Shown: piece after piece, positions 19,297 to 28,380 of the stretch
Position numbering within the stretch: position 1 is the first letter of the stretch
How the letters are laid out: each line of letters starts with the position of its first letter
DNA from: Pirellula staleyi DSM 6068
Lineage (GTDB): Bacteria; Planctomycetota; Planctomycetia; Pirellulales; Pirellulaceae
Direction of reading: 5' to 3'
Assembly: GCA_000025185.1 (NCBI GenBank)
Contig: CP001848.1
Span: forward strand, 4,860,001-4,892,000
DNA: 32,000 nt
Translations under genes and position numbers: made by a program
Notes under the pieces: generated by a model
What the model saw: only the letters and a program-made list of their open reading frames with translations
What the model was told of the DNA's origin: nothing
Database searches by the model: none

Positions 19297-20567
19297 ACTT
19301 AAGCAAACAATTCTTTGATGACCTTGCCACCGTTGGCGATCTTCATCGGACGGCCGCTCTTGCTCGTGAACGTCGTTTCCAGCGAGATCCCCAGCGCCTT
19401 GCAGACCGTTGCCATCACATCTTGCGACGTGTATGGCTCCGTCTCTACGCTTGTCCCATCTGCATTGGTCGAGCCCACGCCAAGGCCACCCTTCATGCCG
19501 GCACCACCCATCACCACGCTCCACGAACGAGCCCAGTGATCGCGGCCTGCACCGCCATTAATACGAGGGGTGCGGCTGAACTCGCCCATCCAAATGATCG
19601 CTGTATCTTCCAGCAAACCACGCTGTTCGAGGTCTTCCACCAGGGCGCTCATCGCGCGGTCCAGAACGGGAAGCTTCTGGTCGGCCAGCGTCGTGAAGAT
19701 GTTCGCGTGGTTGTCCCAACCGCCGAAATCAACTTCCACAAACGGTACACCAGCTTCCACCAAACGGCGGGCCATTAAGCACCCGCGGCCAAAGCCGTCG
19801 TTCCCGTAACGCTCTTGGACTTCCTTCGGTTCCTTCATCACTTTGAACGCTTCCATCTGACTGCTCGTCATCAGGTTCAAAGTCTTCTTCAGGATCTTCT
19901 GGTGGTCTTCCGAAGCGCTACCACGATTCTGCTTGATGAAGTTGTTTTCGATCATGTCCAAAGCAGCCATACGCTGCATCAGACGATCTTCTTTCAAACC
20001 CATCTCGAGGTTGCGAACCTGGCCGTTGCTGTTCACCACAAACGGCGACCAAGCCATGCCGAGGAAGCCAGGACCAACGCTGCCACCACCCACCGATACG
20101 AACGGAGGAATCTCGAGGTCGGCCCGTTGATCGATCAGTTCGTGCGACAGAACAGCACCGTAGCTCGGGTGTTCGATGTTCGGGTTCGGCACGTAGCCGG
20201 TGTGCATGTAGTAGCGGCCACGCATGTGATCCGCTTCACGCGTGCTCATCGAACGCACGATCGACAGCTTGTCCATCACCTTGGCGGTCATCGGCATGTG
20301 TTCGCTGATCTGCACGTCACCAGCGGTGCTGATCGGGCGAAACTGGCCACCGGTCGAAGCGCCGGGCTTCAGATCCCAAATGTCCATCGTGCTCGGACCG
20401 CCGCTCATCCACAGCAGAATCGCCGACTTCTTGTTCTTCTTCAGATCGGCAGCGTGAGCCATCAGGCTGTTGCCAAGCGTCAAGGCTGGAATCGTCATCG
20501 CGGACGCACCAGCCATATGACTCAGAAAATGACGGCGATTCATCCCTTCGGGAAGCAACAGACTCAT
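19297..20567. repeat. 1.27-kb dispersed repeat, copy A (coextensive with the DUF1501 CDS)
   Basis: It aligns to 24282-25552 at a constant offset of 4985 with 18 mismatches and no indels, judged by eye. Confidence 0.95.
19299..20567 (-). CDS. DUF1501 domain protein (sulfatase-like fold) with twin-arginine signal, copy 1
   Basis: The Tat-type N-terminus is [31 protein letters not shown]. Motifs [20 protein letters not shown] and GRDHWARSW are typical of DUF1501. It lies immediately downstream of a DUF1549/DUF1553 gene, the canonical pairing. Confidence 0.92.
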   Translation of the reverse strand: MSLLLPEGMNRRHFLSHMAGASAMTIPALTLGNSLMAHAADLKKNKKSAILLWMSGGPSTMDIWDLKPGASTGGQFRPISTAGDVQISEHMPMTAKVMDKLSIVRSMSTREADHMRGRYYMHTGYVPNPNIEHPSYGAVLSHELIDQRADLEIPPFVSVGGGSVGPGFLGMAWSPFVVNSNGQVRNLEMGLKEDRLMQRMAALDMIENNFIKQNRGSASEDHQKILKKTLNLMTSSQMEAFKVMKEPKEVQERYGNDGFGRGCLMARRLVEAGVPFVEVDFGGWDNHANIFTTLADQKLPVLDRAMSALVEDLEQRGLLEDTAIIWMGEFSRTPRINGGAGRDHWARSWSVVMGGAGMKGGLGVGSTNADGTSVETEPYTSQDVMATVCKALGISLETTFTSKSGRPMKIANGGKVIKELFA

Positions 20568-20725
20568 GACAATGTCCCCAAGATCTCAACGGACGCGTGA
20601 ACTTACAGATAACGATTGGATCGAAAACTATTCACTTGAGCCACTGCTGGAACTCTTGGCTATTTCAGCGGGAACTTTGCAGAAGTTCCTGAAGAGTCTT
20701 GCGTGGCCTCTTAATCTCTAAACGC

Positions 20726-23161
20726 TCAATGATCTAAAATGAACTCATTGGAATTCAAAAGTGCCCACCAAATATCTTCAACAGCAGCGGCCGGATTGGG
20801 GCCTGCTGAGGCAAGCATCTTTTCAGCTGCTTCGAGCTCGCGTTTGCTTGGACGTCGCGACAAGGCTGCGAGGAACAAATGCTCGACCTTCTCTTGCGGC
20901 GACATTTTGCTTTCGACAACACTTCGCAGCAGACCTTCATCGCGGCTGCTCACGGCACGCTGCATCAGTTCGCCATTCATCATCGCCAGCGACTGGCTCA
21001 TGCTGCCGTTGAAATTGGTTTCCTCTTCTGCGTCGTCGGTCGCCATGTTCCGCTGGAACTGAGCGAGCCAATCGCGCCGAGCAAGTTCAACCTGCGATTG
21101 ACCACCGCTCGACTTCCGCAACTGTGCGGCAATCAGGAGCGACTGGTAAACCTCTTCAGCCTGCATTTGGCGGGCGTAGTAGTGACTGAAGAGTGGAACC
21201 GTTCCAGCCTCGGGAGCATCGACGAGGTTACTGGCGGTGATCTTACTTGACCGCTGGAACGGATCACTGAGGGTGATCCAGCGAATCAGCATTTTCAAAT
21301 CGTGACCACTACGAATGAACTCGTCAGAGAGTCGCTCGAGTAGTTCCGGATGCGTTCCGCTGGCAGCGGCGATGATCTCGGCCTGCTCGGCTTCACTATC
21401 AGCGAGGCGAATGTTCGCGGGATCGAGACTGTTGGGCAGAGCTGCTTGGGGCTGCGACTTGGCGACTGGCTTGTCGGCCAGCGGCACCATGTCGTCGATC
21501 GGGCGGGTGAATCCGTAGCCAAAGAAATGGCTCCAGACACGATTGACCGTGGCTCGCGAGAATTGCTTGCTGGTGACAACTAATCGAGCGAGTTCAGCAC
21601 GACGACGAACCTCGCTGACGAGACCACTGGGGTCGACTTTCGAACCATCGAGGTATTCGGGATAGGCTGCCTTGAGCAAACCGTTGGGAGCCTGGTAGTA
21701 GACTTCGGCTTCGTCGGTGTTGCCACTGCTGCTCACGAAATCGGCATCGACAACGGCTGGCCTGCCCCCGATTTTCGTCAAGCGTGCCTGACGGAAGAAG
21801 GCGTTCATCGACCAATATTGCTGCTGTGTGAAATCGTGTGCTGGGTGATGATGGCACTGCGCACATTGCAGCTGATGCCCGAGAAATACTCGCGAAACTC
21901 GCGCGGTGGCCAGTGTTCCATCACCATCGAGGCTGTCGAGCATGAAGTTCACGGCACCATTGAACTTTTCGCTCCCTGGCTCGCCGGTTCCTTCGGCTGT
22001 AATCAATTCAAAGGCAATCTTGTCGTACGATTTGTTTTTGGCAATCGCATCGCGCAGGTAGAGTTCAAGCCCCTCACGACTCGCAGGACCTTCATCGTCG
22101 CTACCGGTGCTGCGACCAATCAGTGCGGTGGCAAAAATCGTCGCCCAGTAGCGAGAGTATTCATCGCGATACTCCTCAGCCGCGAGCAGACGATCGACTA
22201 GCGCGGCCGACTTGTTTGGCGACTTATCGGCCAGGTGCGTTTCGAGTTCTTTCACGGTCGGAATGCGGCCGAGCAGACGCAGAAAGACGCGCCGGCAGTA
22301 TTCAGCTTCCGTGGCCGTAGGGGAAGGTTCGACTCGATTGGCTTTCCAGGCAGCATCCACGGTTGTGTTGACGAACGAAATCACTTCACCAAGCGACGAT
22401 GGAGAAGCAGCAGGGGGTGGAACGAAGGTTGGATTCTCGAGCGTTTCACTCTGCTGAGCAGGATTGGCCGAAGCAATTTGTGGCGGGCCGTTATCAACCG
22501 TGCCGGGATTCATTCGACCGGGATTCGACGAGCGATCAGGACCGTTTGACGAATTTTTTGTGGACGAATCGCTGGGGGAGTTTGCTAGTTGTGGCTGATT
22601 GGTGCTGCGCTGCGGACGCGACTTGTCGCCCGACTTGACGACTGCAGACTTCTCGCCACCGAGTTTTTCCGTACCCGACTTGTTACCACCACCTGCCACC
22701 GAATTTTCCGAGGGCTGCGATAGTCCCCACCAGGCCACGCCAACAGCAACCAACGCAATAGCTGCCGAAAGGGTGAGAACTGGGACGTAGCTGGTTTTTC
22801 GCGATCGAACGCGAGTCGTGCGGATGGCCGGGGCCACTTGATCAGGCGCGGCGATAGCCTCGGGCTGCGACACCGTGCTGGGAGCGATCGCCATAGCGGG
22901 TACGCTGACCGGCGGTGCCACGAGTGGCGGAGCGATGGGCTGTCCACTCGCACTGAGCGAAGCAGCCACCATGCTGGACATACCAGCCGCGCTTGTCAGG
23001 CCAGCCGCGTTTGTCAGGCCAGCTGAACTGCTCGACTTGGGCGATGCGCCCCGCGCAGCCCACGCCTGGAGAATCCGCGCGGTGAGATCCGGCGGAGTTC
23101 GGTCTGCCAGGATTTCCTCCAGGCAGGCATCCAGGATGGGGTTGTCACGGTCCGGCGTCAT
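20726..23161 (-). CDS. membrane-anchored DUF1549/DUF1553 protein with an anti-sigma-like cytoplasmic N-terminus
   Basis: In this 811-aa ORF, the N-terminal approx. 40 aa (MTPDRDNPILDACLEEILADRTPPDLTARILQAWAA) resemble anti-sigma factor N-domains. A single TM helix follows (YVPVLTLSAAIALVAVGVAWWGL), then a long S/P/N/G-rich linker. The DUF1549-type motif is EAEYCRRVFLRLLGRIPTVKELE. The DUF1553-type motifs are FLGHQLQCAQCHHHP...YWSMNAFF and the C-terminal WWALLNSNEFILDH. Confidence 0.88.
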   Translation of the reverse strand: MTPDRDNPILDACLEEILADRTPPDLTARILQAWAARGASPKSSSSAGLTNAAGLTSAAGMSSMVAASLSASGQPIAPPLVAPPVSVPAMAIAPSTVSQPEAIAAPDQVAPAIRTTRVRSRKTSYVPVLTLSAAIALVAVGVAWWGLSQPSENSVAGGGNKSGTEKLGGEKSAVVKSGDKSRPQRSTNQPQLANSPSDSSTKNSSNGPDRSSNPGRMNPGTVDNGPPQIASANPAQQSETLENPTFVPPPAASPSSLGEVISFVNTTVDAAWKANRVEPSPTATEAEYCRRVFLRLLGRIPTVKELETHLADKSPNKSAALVDRLLAAEEYRDEYSRYWATIFATALIGRSTGSDDEGPASREGLELYLRDAIAKNKSYDKIAFELITAEGTGEPGSEKFNGAVNFMLDSLDGDGTLATARVSRVFLGHQLQCAQCHHHPAHDFTQQQYWSMNAFFRQARLTKIGGRPAVVDADFVSSSGNTDEAEVYYQAPNGLLKAAYPEYLDGSKVDPSGLVSEVRRRAELARLVVTSKQFSRATVNRVWSHFFGYGFTRPIDDMVPLADKPVAKSQPQAALPNSLDPANIRLADSEAEQAEIIAAASGTHPELLERLSDEFIRSGHDLKMLIRWITLSDPFQRSSKITASNLVDAPEAGTVPLFSHYYARQMQAEEVYQSLLIAAQLRKSSGGQSQVELARRDWLAQFQRNMATDDAEEETNFNGSMSQSLAMMNGELMQRAVSSRDEGLLRSVVESKMSPQEKVEHLFLAALSRRPSKRELEAAEKMLASAGPNPAAAVEDIWWALLNSNEFILDH
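22983..23018 (-). repeat. 18-bp tandem repeat (2 full copies plus a partial) in the low-complexity region
   Basis: ccagccgcgcttgtcagg (22983-23000) is followed by ccagccgcgtttgtcagg (23001-23018) and then ccagctg. It encodes the AGLTNAAGLTSAAG stretch. Confidence 0.8.
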
Positions 23162-23253
23162 GGCTCAAAGTTCTCGCTTTTGCTTTTTAGTTGCTTTGCA
23201 GTGAAACACCGCAATGAAACATCATTGTGGATTTCACGATTCAGGTTGATTTA

Positions 23254-23847
23254 TCAGCTCGAGCGACGTTTCGAACTAGCAGAGTTTTCGGTCGCTGCCG
23301 TCTCTGCTGGTCCCGGTCGCTCGTCACTCGTTAATTTATTCTCGACACACGTTTTAAGCTGCTGTTTGGCACGCTGCATTAAATTTTTTGCGCCATGCTC
23401 GGTGATTTCGAGGGCCGTCGCGATTTCATCTCGCGAACGATCACTTCGAAATCGCAACTCCAGAGCCATGCGAGCCCTCTCTGTCAGCCCCTTCAGGCAT
23501 TCCCGCAGAGCATCGAGAGCCGCCTCACCCGAGTCGTTCCCGGCCCAAGTGGTCCAGGTTCGATCGATCTCCTCCACCGCCTCCATTACCACCACTTTGC
23601 CAGCTCGGCGCTGATGGGAAATGAACAGGTTGAGGGCAATCTTCCGCAGGTAGGCTGCCGTCGCAGCAGCATTGATCTCTTGAAACGGACGCTGCAAAAC
23701 ATGCAGGAACGTCTCTTGCGTCAAATCCTCCGCGAGGGCCGACTCGCATCCCAAGGCTCGCAAATAGCGCCAAATCCCCGCCTGATACGTCTTGATCAGA
23801 TCGGCAGGGTTGAAGCTGGTCGCGGATGGCTCGGGGGGAGTCGTCAT
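23254..23847 (-). CDS. ECF-type sigma-70 family RNA polymerase sigma factor
   Basis: The 197-aa ORF has a region 2 (IWRYLRALGCESALAEDLTQETFLHVL) and a region 4 HTH (LRFRSDRSRDEIATALEITEHGAKNLMQRAKQQLKTC). It lies 92 nt upstream of the anti-sigma-like gene. Confidence 0.92.
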   Translation of the reverse strand: MTTPPEPSATSFNPADLIKTYQAGIWRYLRALGCESALAEDLTQETFLHVLQRPFQEINAAATAAYLRKIALNLFISHQRRAGKVVVMEAVEEIDRTWTTWAGNDSGEAALDALRECLKGLTERARMALELRFRSDRSRDEIATALEITEHGAKNLMQRAKQQLKTCVENKLTSDERPGPAETAATENSASSKRRSS

Positions 23848-23917
23848 GACCCAATTACTAAGCGAAGGCCGCCGTTAGATGTACTCAGATGCCGAAAGAA
23901 AAACTGCGCAAAGCATT

Positions 23918-23944
23918 ATTCGCAAAAAACTTAGCTGCGATTCC
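23918..23944 (-). promoter_or_regulatory. candidate ECF-type promoter (GGAAT-N17-CGAAT) upstream of the sigma factor gene
   Basis: The minus strand reads aaaaatGGAATcgcagctaagttttttgCGAATaat about 70-95 nt upstream of ATG 23847. It resembles the GGAAC-N16/17-CGT/TCGA architecture of autoregulated ECF promoters. This is a motif match only. Confidence 0.2.
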
Positions 23945-24133
23945 ATTTTTCGTGATTTCGAGCCCCAATCGACACGAAATCGATCGATTTTCAGAAGAAT
24001 GGCCCACCACGCAACCATTCACCGCTAGATCTATCGTAAATCGAGGCAGACTGCTGCACTACTCGGCGATTTTGGAATGCAAACGTTCGGGAGCAGGCCC
24101 GGAACCGGACCTCAGCCTCCCTGCGCAAAGAAA

Positions 24134-24171
24134 ATCGCGGCCAAGATGACGTTTTGCATCTCGGCCGCGAT
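24134..24171 (-). terminator. intrinsic terminator downstream of the second DUF1553-DUF1501 pair
   Basis: A 9-bp GC-rich stem, atcgcggcc (24134-24142) and ggccgcgat (24163-24171), is followed on the minus strand by tttctttgcgc. The + strand also has ttggttttt after it. Confidence 0.65.
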
Positions 24172-24281
24172 CGTTGGTTTTTAGCTCTGGGCGATGATCT
24201 ACCTTAGGTAGTCTGCCTCACTCAATCGGGCTGATCAGCTCGACTCAGCAGGGCATCACCGCCGTCCATCTCGAAACCGCT

Positions 24282-25552
24282 ACTTAAGCAAACAATTCTT
24301 TGATGACCTTGCCGCCATTGGCGATCTTCATCGGGCGGCCGCTCTTGCTCGTGAACGTCGTTTCCAGCGAGATCCCCAGCGCCTTGCAGACCGTTGCCAT
24401 CACATCTTGCGATGTGTAAGGCTCCGTCTCCACGCTTGTCCCATCTGCATTGGTCGAGCCCACGCCAAGGCCACCCTTCATACCGGCACCACCCATCACC
24501 ACGCTCCACGAACGAGCCCAGTGATCGCGGCCTGCACCGCCGTTAATACGAGGAGTGCGGCTGAACTCGCCCATCCAAATGATCGCTGTATCTTCCAGCA
24601 AACCACGCTGTTCGAGGTCTTCCACCAGGGCGCTCATCGCGCGGTCCAGAACGGGAAGCTTCTGGTCGGCCAGCGTCGTGAAGATGTTCGCGTGGTTGTC
24701 CCAACCGCCGAAGTCAACTTCCACAAACGGTACACCAGCTTCCACCAAACGGCGGGCCATCAAGCACCCGCGCCCAAAGCCGTCGTTCCCGTAACGCTCT
24801 TGGACTTCCTTCGGTTCCTTCATCACTTTGAACGCTTCCATCTGACTGCTCGTCATCAGGTTCAAAGTCTTCTTCAGGATCTTCTGGTGGTCTTCCGAAG
24901 CGCTACCACGATTCTGCTTGATGAAGTTGTTTTCGATCATGTCCAAAGCAGCCATACGCTGCATCAGACGATCTTCCTTCAAACCCATCTCGAGGTTGCG
25001 AACCTGGCCGTTGCTGTTCACCACAAACGGCGACCAGGCCATGCCGAGGAAGCCAGGACCAACGCTGCCACCACCCACCGATACGAACGGAGGAATCTCG
25101 AGGTCGGCCCGTTGATCGATCAGTTCGTGCGACAGAACAGCACCGTAGCTCGGGTGTTCGATGTTCGGGTTCGGCACGTAGCCGGTGTGCATGTAGTAGC
25201 GGCCACGCATGTGATCCGCTTCACGCGTGCTCATCGAACGCACGATCGAAAGCTTGTCCATCACCTTGGCGGTCATCGGCATGTGTTCGCTGATCTGCAC
25301 GTCACCAGCCGTGCTGATCGGGCGGAACTGGCCACCGGTCGAAGCGCCGGGCTTCAGATCCCAAATGTCCATCGTGCTCGGGCCGCCGCTCATCCACAGC
25401 AGAATCGCCGACTTCTTGTTCTTCTTCAGATCGGCAGCGTGAGCCATCAGGCTGTTGCCAAGCGTCAAGGCTGGAATCGTCATCGCGGACGCACCAGCCA
25501 TATGACTCAGAAAATGACGGCGATTCATCCCTTCGGGAAGCAACAGACTCAT
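24282..25552. repeat. 1.27-kb dispersed repeat, copy B (coextensive with the DUF1501 CDS)
   Basis: See copy A. The flanks become unrelated immediately outside the start codon and 2 nt beyond the stop codon. Confidence 0.95.
24284..25552 (-). CDS. DUF1501 domain protein with twin-arginine signal, copy 2 (protein identical to copy 1)
   Basis: From ATG 25552 ([15 protein letters not shown]...) the 422-aa product is identical to that of 19299-20567. The ORF-track extension to 25858 overlaps the upstream gene and is not protein-like. Confidence 0.92.
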   Translation of the reverse strand: MSLLLPEGMNRRHFLSHMAGASAMTIPALTLGNSLMAHAADLKKNKKSAILLWMSGGPSTMDIWDLKPGASTGGQFRPISTAGDVQISEHMPMTAKVMDKLSIVRSMSTREADHMRGRYYMHTGYVPNPNIEHPSYGAVLSHELIDQRADLEIPPFVSVGGGSVGPGFLGMAWSPFVVNSNGQVRNLEMGLKEDRLMQRMAALDMIENNFIKQNRGSASEDHQKILKKTLNLMTSSQMEAFKVMKEPKEVQERYGNDGFGRGCLMARRLVEAGVPFVEVDFGGWDNHANIFTTLADQKLPVLDRAMSALVEDLEQRGLLEDTAIIWMGEFSRTPRINGGAGRDHWARSWSVVMGGAGMKGGLGVGSTNADGTSVETEPYTSQDVMATVCKALGISLETTFTSKSGRPMKIANGGKVIKELFA

Positions 25553-25688
25553 AAGAAGACTCCGGTAATTCTGGTGGCAGTCGCCGGTAAAGTGACAGCT
25601 GCCTTGGATACTTATTGACTTGAAACTTGTTAGACGTAGTTGACTTGTTTGTCGATGCCGAGCCCCTTTGCAGAGCTCTTCACACCGC

Positions 25689-27443
25689 TTAGTGCTGCAG
25701 GATGAACTCGTTGGTGTTGAGCACCACCCAGAACAGATCTTGAAGTGCAGCGGCTGTATCCCCCTGACGCCAGGTGAGGATTTGATTAGCTGCACGCAGT
25801 TCGGTGTCCGTTGGATTTCGAGCAAGAGCCGCTTGGAACAGATACTCGATCTTCGCACCCGGCTTAAGATTGCTGGTGGCGATGGTCGACAGGAAGCTTC
25901 CCTTATCGAGCTTCGTGGCGTCTTTGATCAGATCGCCATTGAACATCATCAAAGCTTGGGGAATTGTGCCGTTGAAGGTTGTCGATTCGTCACCTTCGTC
26001 GGTACCGAAAGCGATCGTGAACTGACGCATCCATTCGGCTTTGATCTTCTCTTGGTCTTCGTAGTTGCCACGGGTCTTGTGCGCCTGCGTTGCTACGAGA
26101 AGCGATTCATACAGCTGTTCTGCCTGCATCTGACGCAGGTAGAAGTGAGTGAACTTAGGAGTTTCGCCCATCAGCGGATCGTCGGATTTGTTCTTCGAGG
26201 TCACCACGCTGCTCAGCGAATAGGCTTCCGACAGCGTGATCCAGCGGATCAGTTCCTTGAGATCGAAGCTGTTTTGACGAACTTGCTGGCCGAGATAGTC
26301 GAGCAGCACGGGATGCGTCGGGGCATTGTGCGGGCCGAGATCGTCGATTGGCTTGGTGAAACCATAGCCCAGGAAGTGCCCCCACATGCGGTTGGCAATC
26401 GTCTTATCCATGAACTCCGACTTGATGATCAGCTTGGCCAACTCGGTGCGGCGATCGTTGTCTTCGAGATAGCCACTCTTGCTGATCTCGCTGCCATCGA
26501 CGAACACAGGGAAGGCACTCGAGAGAATGCCGTTGCGGAGTTCGTAGTAAAGGATCGCTTCATTAGGATCAGCGCCGGCACCTTCGCCCGCGAAATCTTG
26601 GTTCATCAGCTTGGCGCCAGCGATGTCGCGAGTGCCCGGGACGAATTCGCGAAGTGCACGCGTTTGACGGAAAAAGGCGTTGAATTCCCAGAATTTCTGC
26701 TGTTTCCATTCGTTGAACGGATGGTTGTGGCACTGGGTGCATTGAATCTGCAGCCCCAGGAAGTTCTTGGCCGTCATGGCAGTGGCTTGAGCAGCGTTTT
26801 CGTCGAGCTTCATCACCAAGTAGTTGGTGGCGCCGTTGAAACCTTCACCACCTGGAGCAGTCGAGCCAGTAGCCGAAACAAGCTCATACACCATGCGGTC
26901 GTAAGGCTTGTTGCGAGCAAACGAATCGCGGAGGAATTTCTGCATCCCCGCGCGGCTGATCAGTGTGTCGTCTTCGAGACCACCGTTGCGACCAATCAGA
27001 ATGTTGGTCCAAATCGTGGTCCAGTTGCGGGCGTAATCTTCGGTGTAGGACTCGTCGTAGAGCAGCTTCGAAACCAGCTTCAGTTTCTTGTCGGTTTCGC
27101 GGCTGGCGAGAAAATCGCGGAGTTCTTGGACCGAGGGAATCCGGCCGAGGATGTCGAGGTAGACACGTCGGCACCACTCGCCATCGGTGGCAGGTGGCGA
27201 AGGAGTGAGCTGGTTATCGGTCCAGACTTGCCGGATCTGTTCGTTGATGAACTTCACCTGAGGCATGCCGTAGTCAGGAACAACCGGCCCCGTGGCCGAT
27301 GGTTTGGCGGGCGTTGTCGAGGTGGTTGCCTCTTGCCCCAGCAAAACGCTGGTTGGGGCGGAGAGTAGCAAGGCACATCCCGCCACGAACGTGGCGATAG
27401 GTGTGCGAATCCAGTGGGCGAGAGAAGTTGTCATCTTGGTCAT
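25689..27443 (-). CDS. secreted DUF1549/DUF1553 protein (no anti-sigma domain)
   Basis: The Sec-type signal is ...[26 protein letters not shown]. The DUF1549 motif is [24 protein letters not shown]. The DUF1553 motifs are [16 protein letters not shown]...FWEFNAFF and the C-terminal [14 protein letters not shown]. The start is ambiguous: ATG 27443 was chosen, with TTG 27452 and ATG 27434 as alternatives. Confidence 0.88.
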   Translation of the reverse strand: MTKMTTSLAHWIRTPIATFVAGCALLLSAPTSVLLGQEATTSTTPAKPSATGPVVPDYGMPQVKFINEQIRQVWTDNQLTPSPPATDGEWCRRVYLDILGRIPSVQELRDFLASRETDKKLKLVSKLLYDESYTEDYARNWTTIWTNILIGRNGGLEDDTLISRAGMQKFLRDSFARNKPYDRMVYELVSATGSTAPGGEGFNGATNYLVMKLDENAAQATAMTAKNFLGLQIQCTQCHNHPFNEWKQQKFWEFNAFFRQTRALREFVPGTRDIAGAKLMNQDFAGEGAGADPNEAILYYELRNGILSSAFPVFVDGSEISKSGYLEDNDRRTELAKLIIKSEFMDKTIANRMWGHFLGYGFTKPIDDLGPHNAPTHPVLLDYLGQQVRQNSFDLKELIRWITLSEAYSLSSVVTSKNKSDDPLMGETPKFTHFYLRQMQAEQLYESLLVATQAHKTRGNYEDQEKIKAEWMRQFTIAFGTDEGDESTTFNGTIPQALMMFNGDLIKDATKLDKGSFLSTIATSNLKPGAKIEYLFQAALARNPTDTELRAANQILTWRQGDTAAALQDLFWVVLNTNEFILQH

Positions 27444-28054
27444 CCTGATCAACTAGCTACCTGACAAGCGTGCTCGACAAGGGACTTACAACAAAGCACG
27501 CTGGCGGTCGTGATGGTGGCCGCACAGAGTGCTCGGTATTTGATGTGTTGGTTATCCGACCAGCCAGCGTTACTAGCAGTAAACTCAGAGTATTTTCGGC
27601 AGCAGGAAACGAACGAATGTCGCTCCCAGCCAACCGAAGTAGAGAAGTCCATCGCTATCTGTAACCTGAAACGTACGTTGCGCTCGGTTGTACTCGCGAA
27701 AGCCCGAATATTTGCCAGCTACTACCGAAAACCGGTACTGCATGGATGCCGCGTGCGACGCTTGCCGCAGGAAGTCCATGGAGAGCCTCGAGAACTTCGC
27801 GCGAGTCGTCCTCAATTGCATCGATAACCGAAAACTTATTTGACGACGTAGCTCAAGAGATTGCAAGCACTTGGAGCAAATTTCACCCTCCCAGGAGGTG
27901 CGTACTTCTGCTGCCGCCTGGAGGGGCAAACGTCGCGGCAAAAAAAGATTTTTTCTTCTTTTCCTGACTACCACCCACAACGCTACTTGTTGATCCCGAA
28001 GTCAGCGGGTGGCATTTGTTCGATTTTGATACAATTGTTGCGAAATTGAACATC

Positions 28055-28370
28055 AAAATAAAACAGGCGAGGTCGCTCGAGCTTCTGTCTCGAGCGCACT
28101 CGCCTGTTGGTTGAAAGTGCTCTTTGGGCAGGGTCTGCACTTTCTCGTCTTAGTCGTGGGCAACCATCGCTTTCGCTGCCAACGACCCAGTTTTGCTTGT
28201 TTTTGGCTAACTGGAGCCCAAAAATACGTTCCGCTTCTTTGTTTCCGCGATCCTCTGCGAGCCTCTCTTAATCCGGCCCCAGCACAAACTTCTCTGTTTT
28301 CGCGAGGATCGCGGTTAGCATCGCTGCGGCGAGCGAATGATCAGTCAGGTTCCAGCTAACTGCTCATGTT
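28055..28370 (-). ncRNA. candidate approx. 315-nt non-coding transcript (sigma-54 promoter to intrinsic terminator)
   Basis: It is bounded by the sigma-54 motif and the 28062-28108 terminator. There is no ORF longer than about 17 codons with an ATG on the minus strand. Internal long-range pairing: ccgcgatcctc (28245-28255) with gaggatcgcgg (28304-28314), plus gcga/tcgc. There is also a gctaac/gttagc hairpin near the 5' end. This is purely predictive. Confidence 0.3.
28062..28108 (-). terminator. strong minus-strand intrinsic terminator
   Basis: The outer 10-bp stem is aacaggcgag (28062-28071) with ctcgcctgtt (28099-28108). The inner 8-bp stem is cgctcgag (28074-28081) with ctcgagcg (28089-28096). 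On the minus strand the hairpin is followed by ttttattttgatg. There is no T-tract on the + strand. Confidence 0.8.
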
Positions 28371-28380
28371 AGCAACTATA

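Noticed and set aside
23889-24149. 86-aa + strand ORF between the sigma gene and DUF1501 copy 2, ending in the terminator hairpin
   Set aside because: It is an Arg/Ser/Pro-rich sequence with no RBS and no motifs. The hairpin is better explained as the terminator of the minus-strand operon.
19297-25552. Interpreting the 1.27-kb repeat pair as a transposable element or CRISPR-like array
   Set aside because: There are no terminal inverted repeats, transposase or target duplications. The repeat is exactly one enzyme-family CDS. No short, regularly spaced repeats occur anywhere in the window.
24407-25618. 403-aa + strand ORF (and its twin, 19815-20600, 261 aa) antisense to the DUF1501 genes
   Set aside because: These are shadow ORFs on the opposite strand of a well-supported gene. 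Their composition is Arg/His/Ala/Val-rich and non-protein-like, and the copy-1 version is broken into pieces by the same synonymous differences.
25553-25858. N-terminal extension of DUF1501 copy 2 to a 524-aa ORF
   Set aside because: The extension overlaps the 3' end of the upstream gene in another frame and is Cys/Ser-rich nonsense. It is also absent from copy 1. The Tat signal belongs right after the ATG at 25552.
25668-27368. 566-aa + strand ORF antisense to the DUF1549/DUF1553 gene
   Set aside because: It is a shadow ORF. It has no recognisable motifs, whereas the minus-strand frame carries clear DUF1549/DUF1553 signatures and a signal peptide.
27510-27980. 105-aa (+) and 131-aa (-) ORFs in the 1-kb spacer
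   Set aside because: They overlap each other, have implausible composition, and lack convincing starts or RBS. The region is treated as non-coding pending a translated search.
27883-28140. 85-aa minus-strand ORF running through the 28062-28108 hairpin
   Set aside because: It reads straight through a strong terminator structure and its T-tract, starts at a GTG without an RBS, and has non-protein-like sequence.
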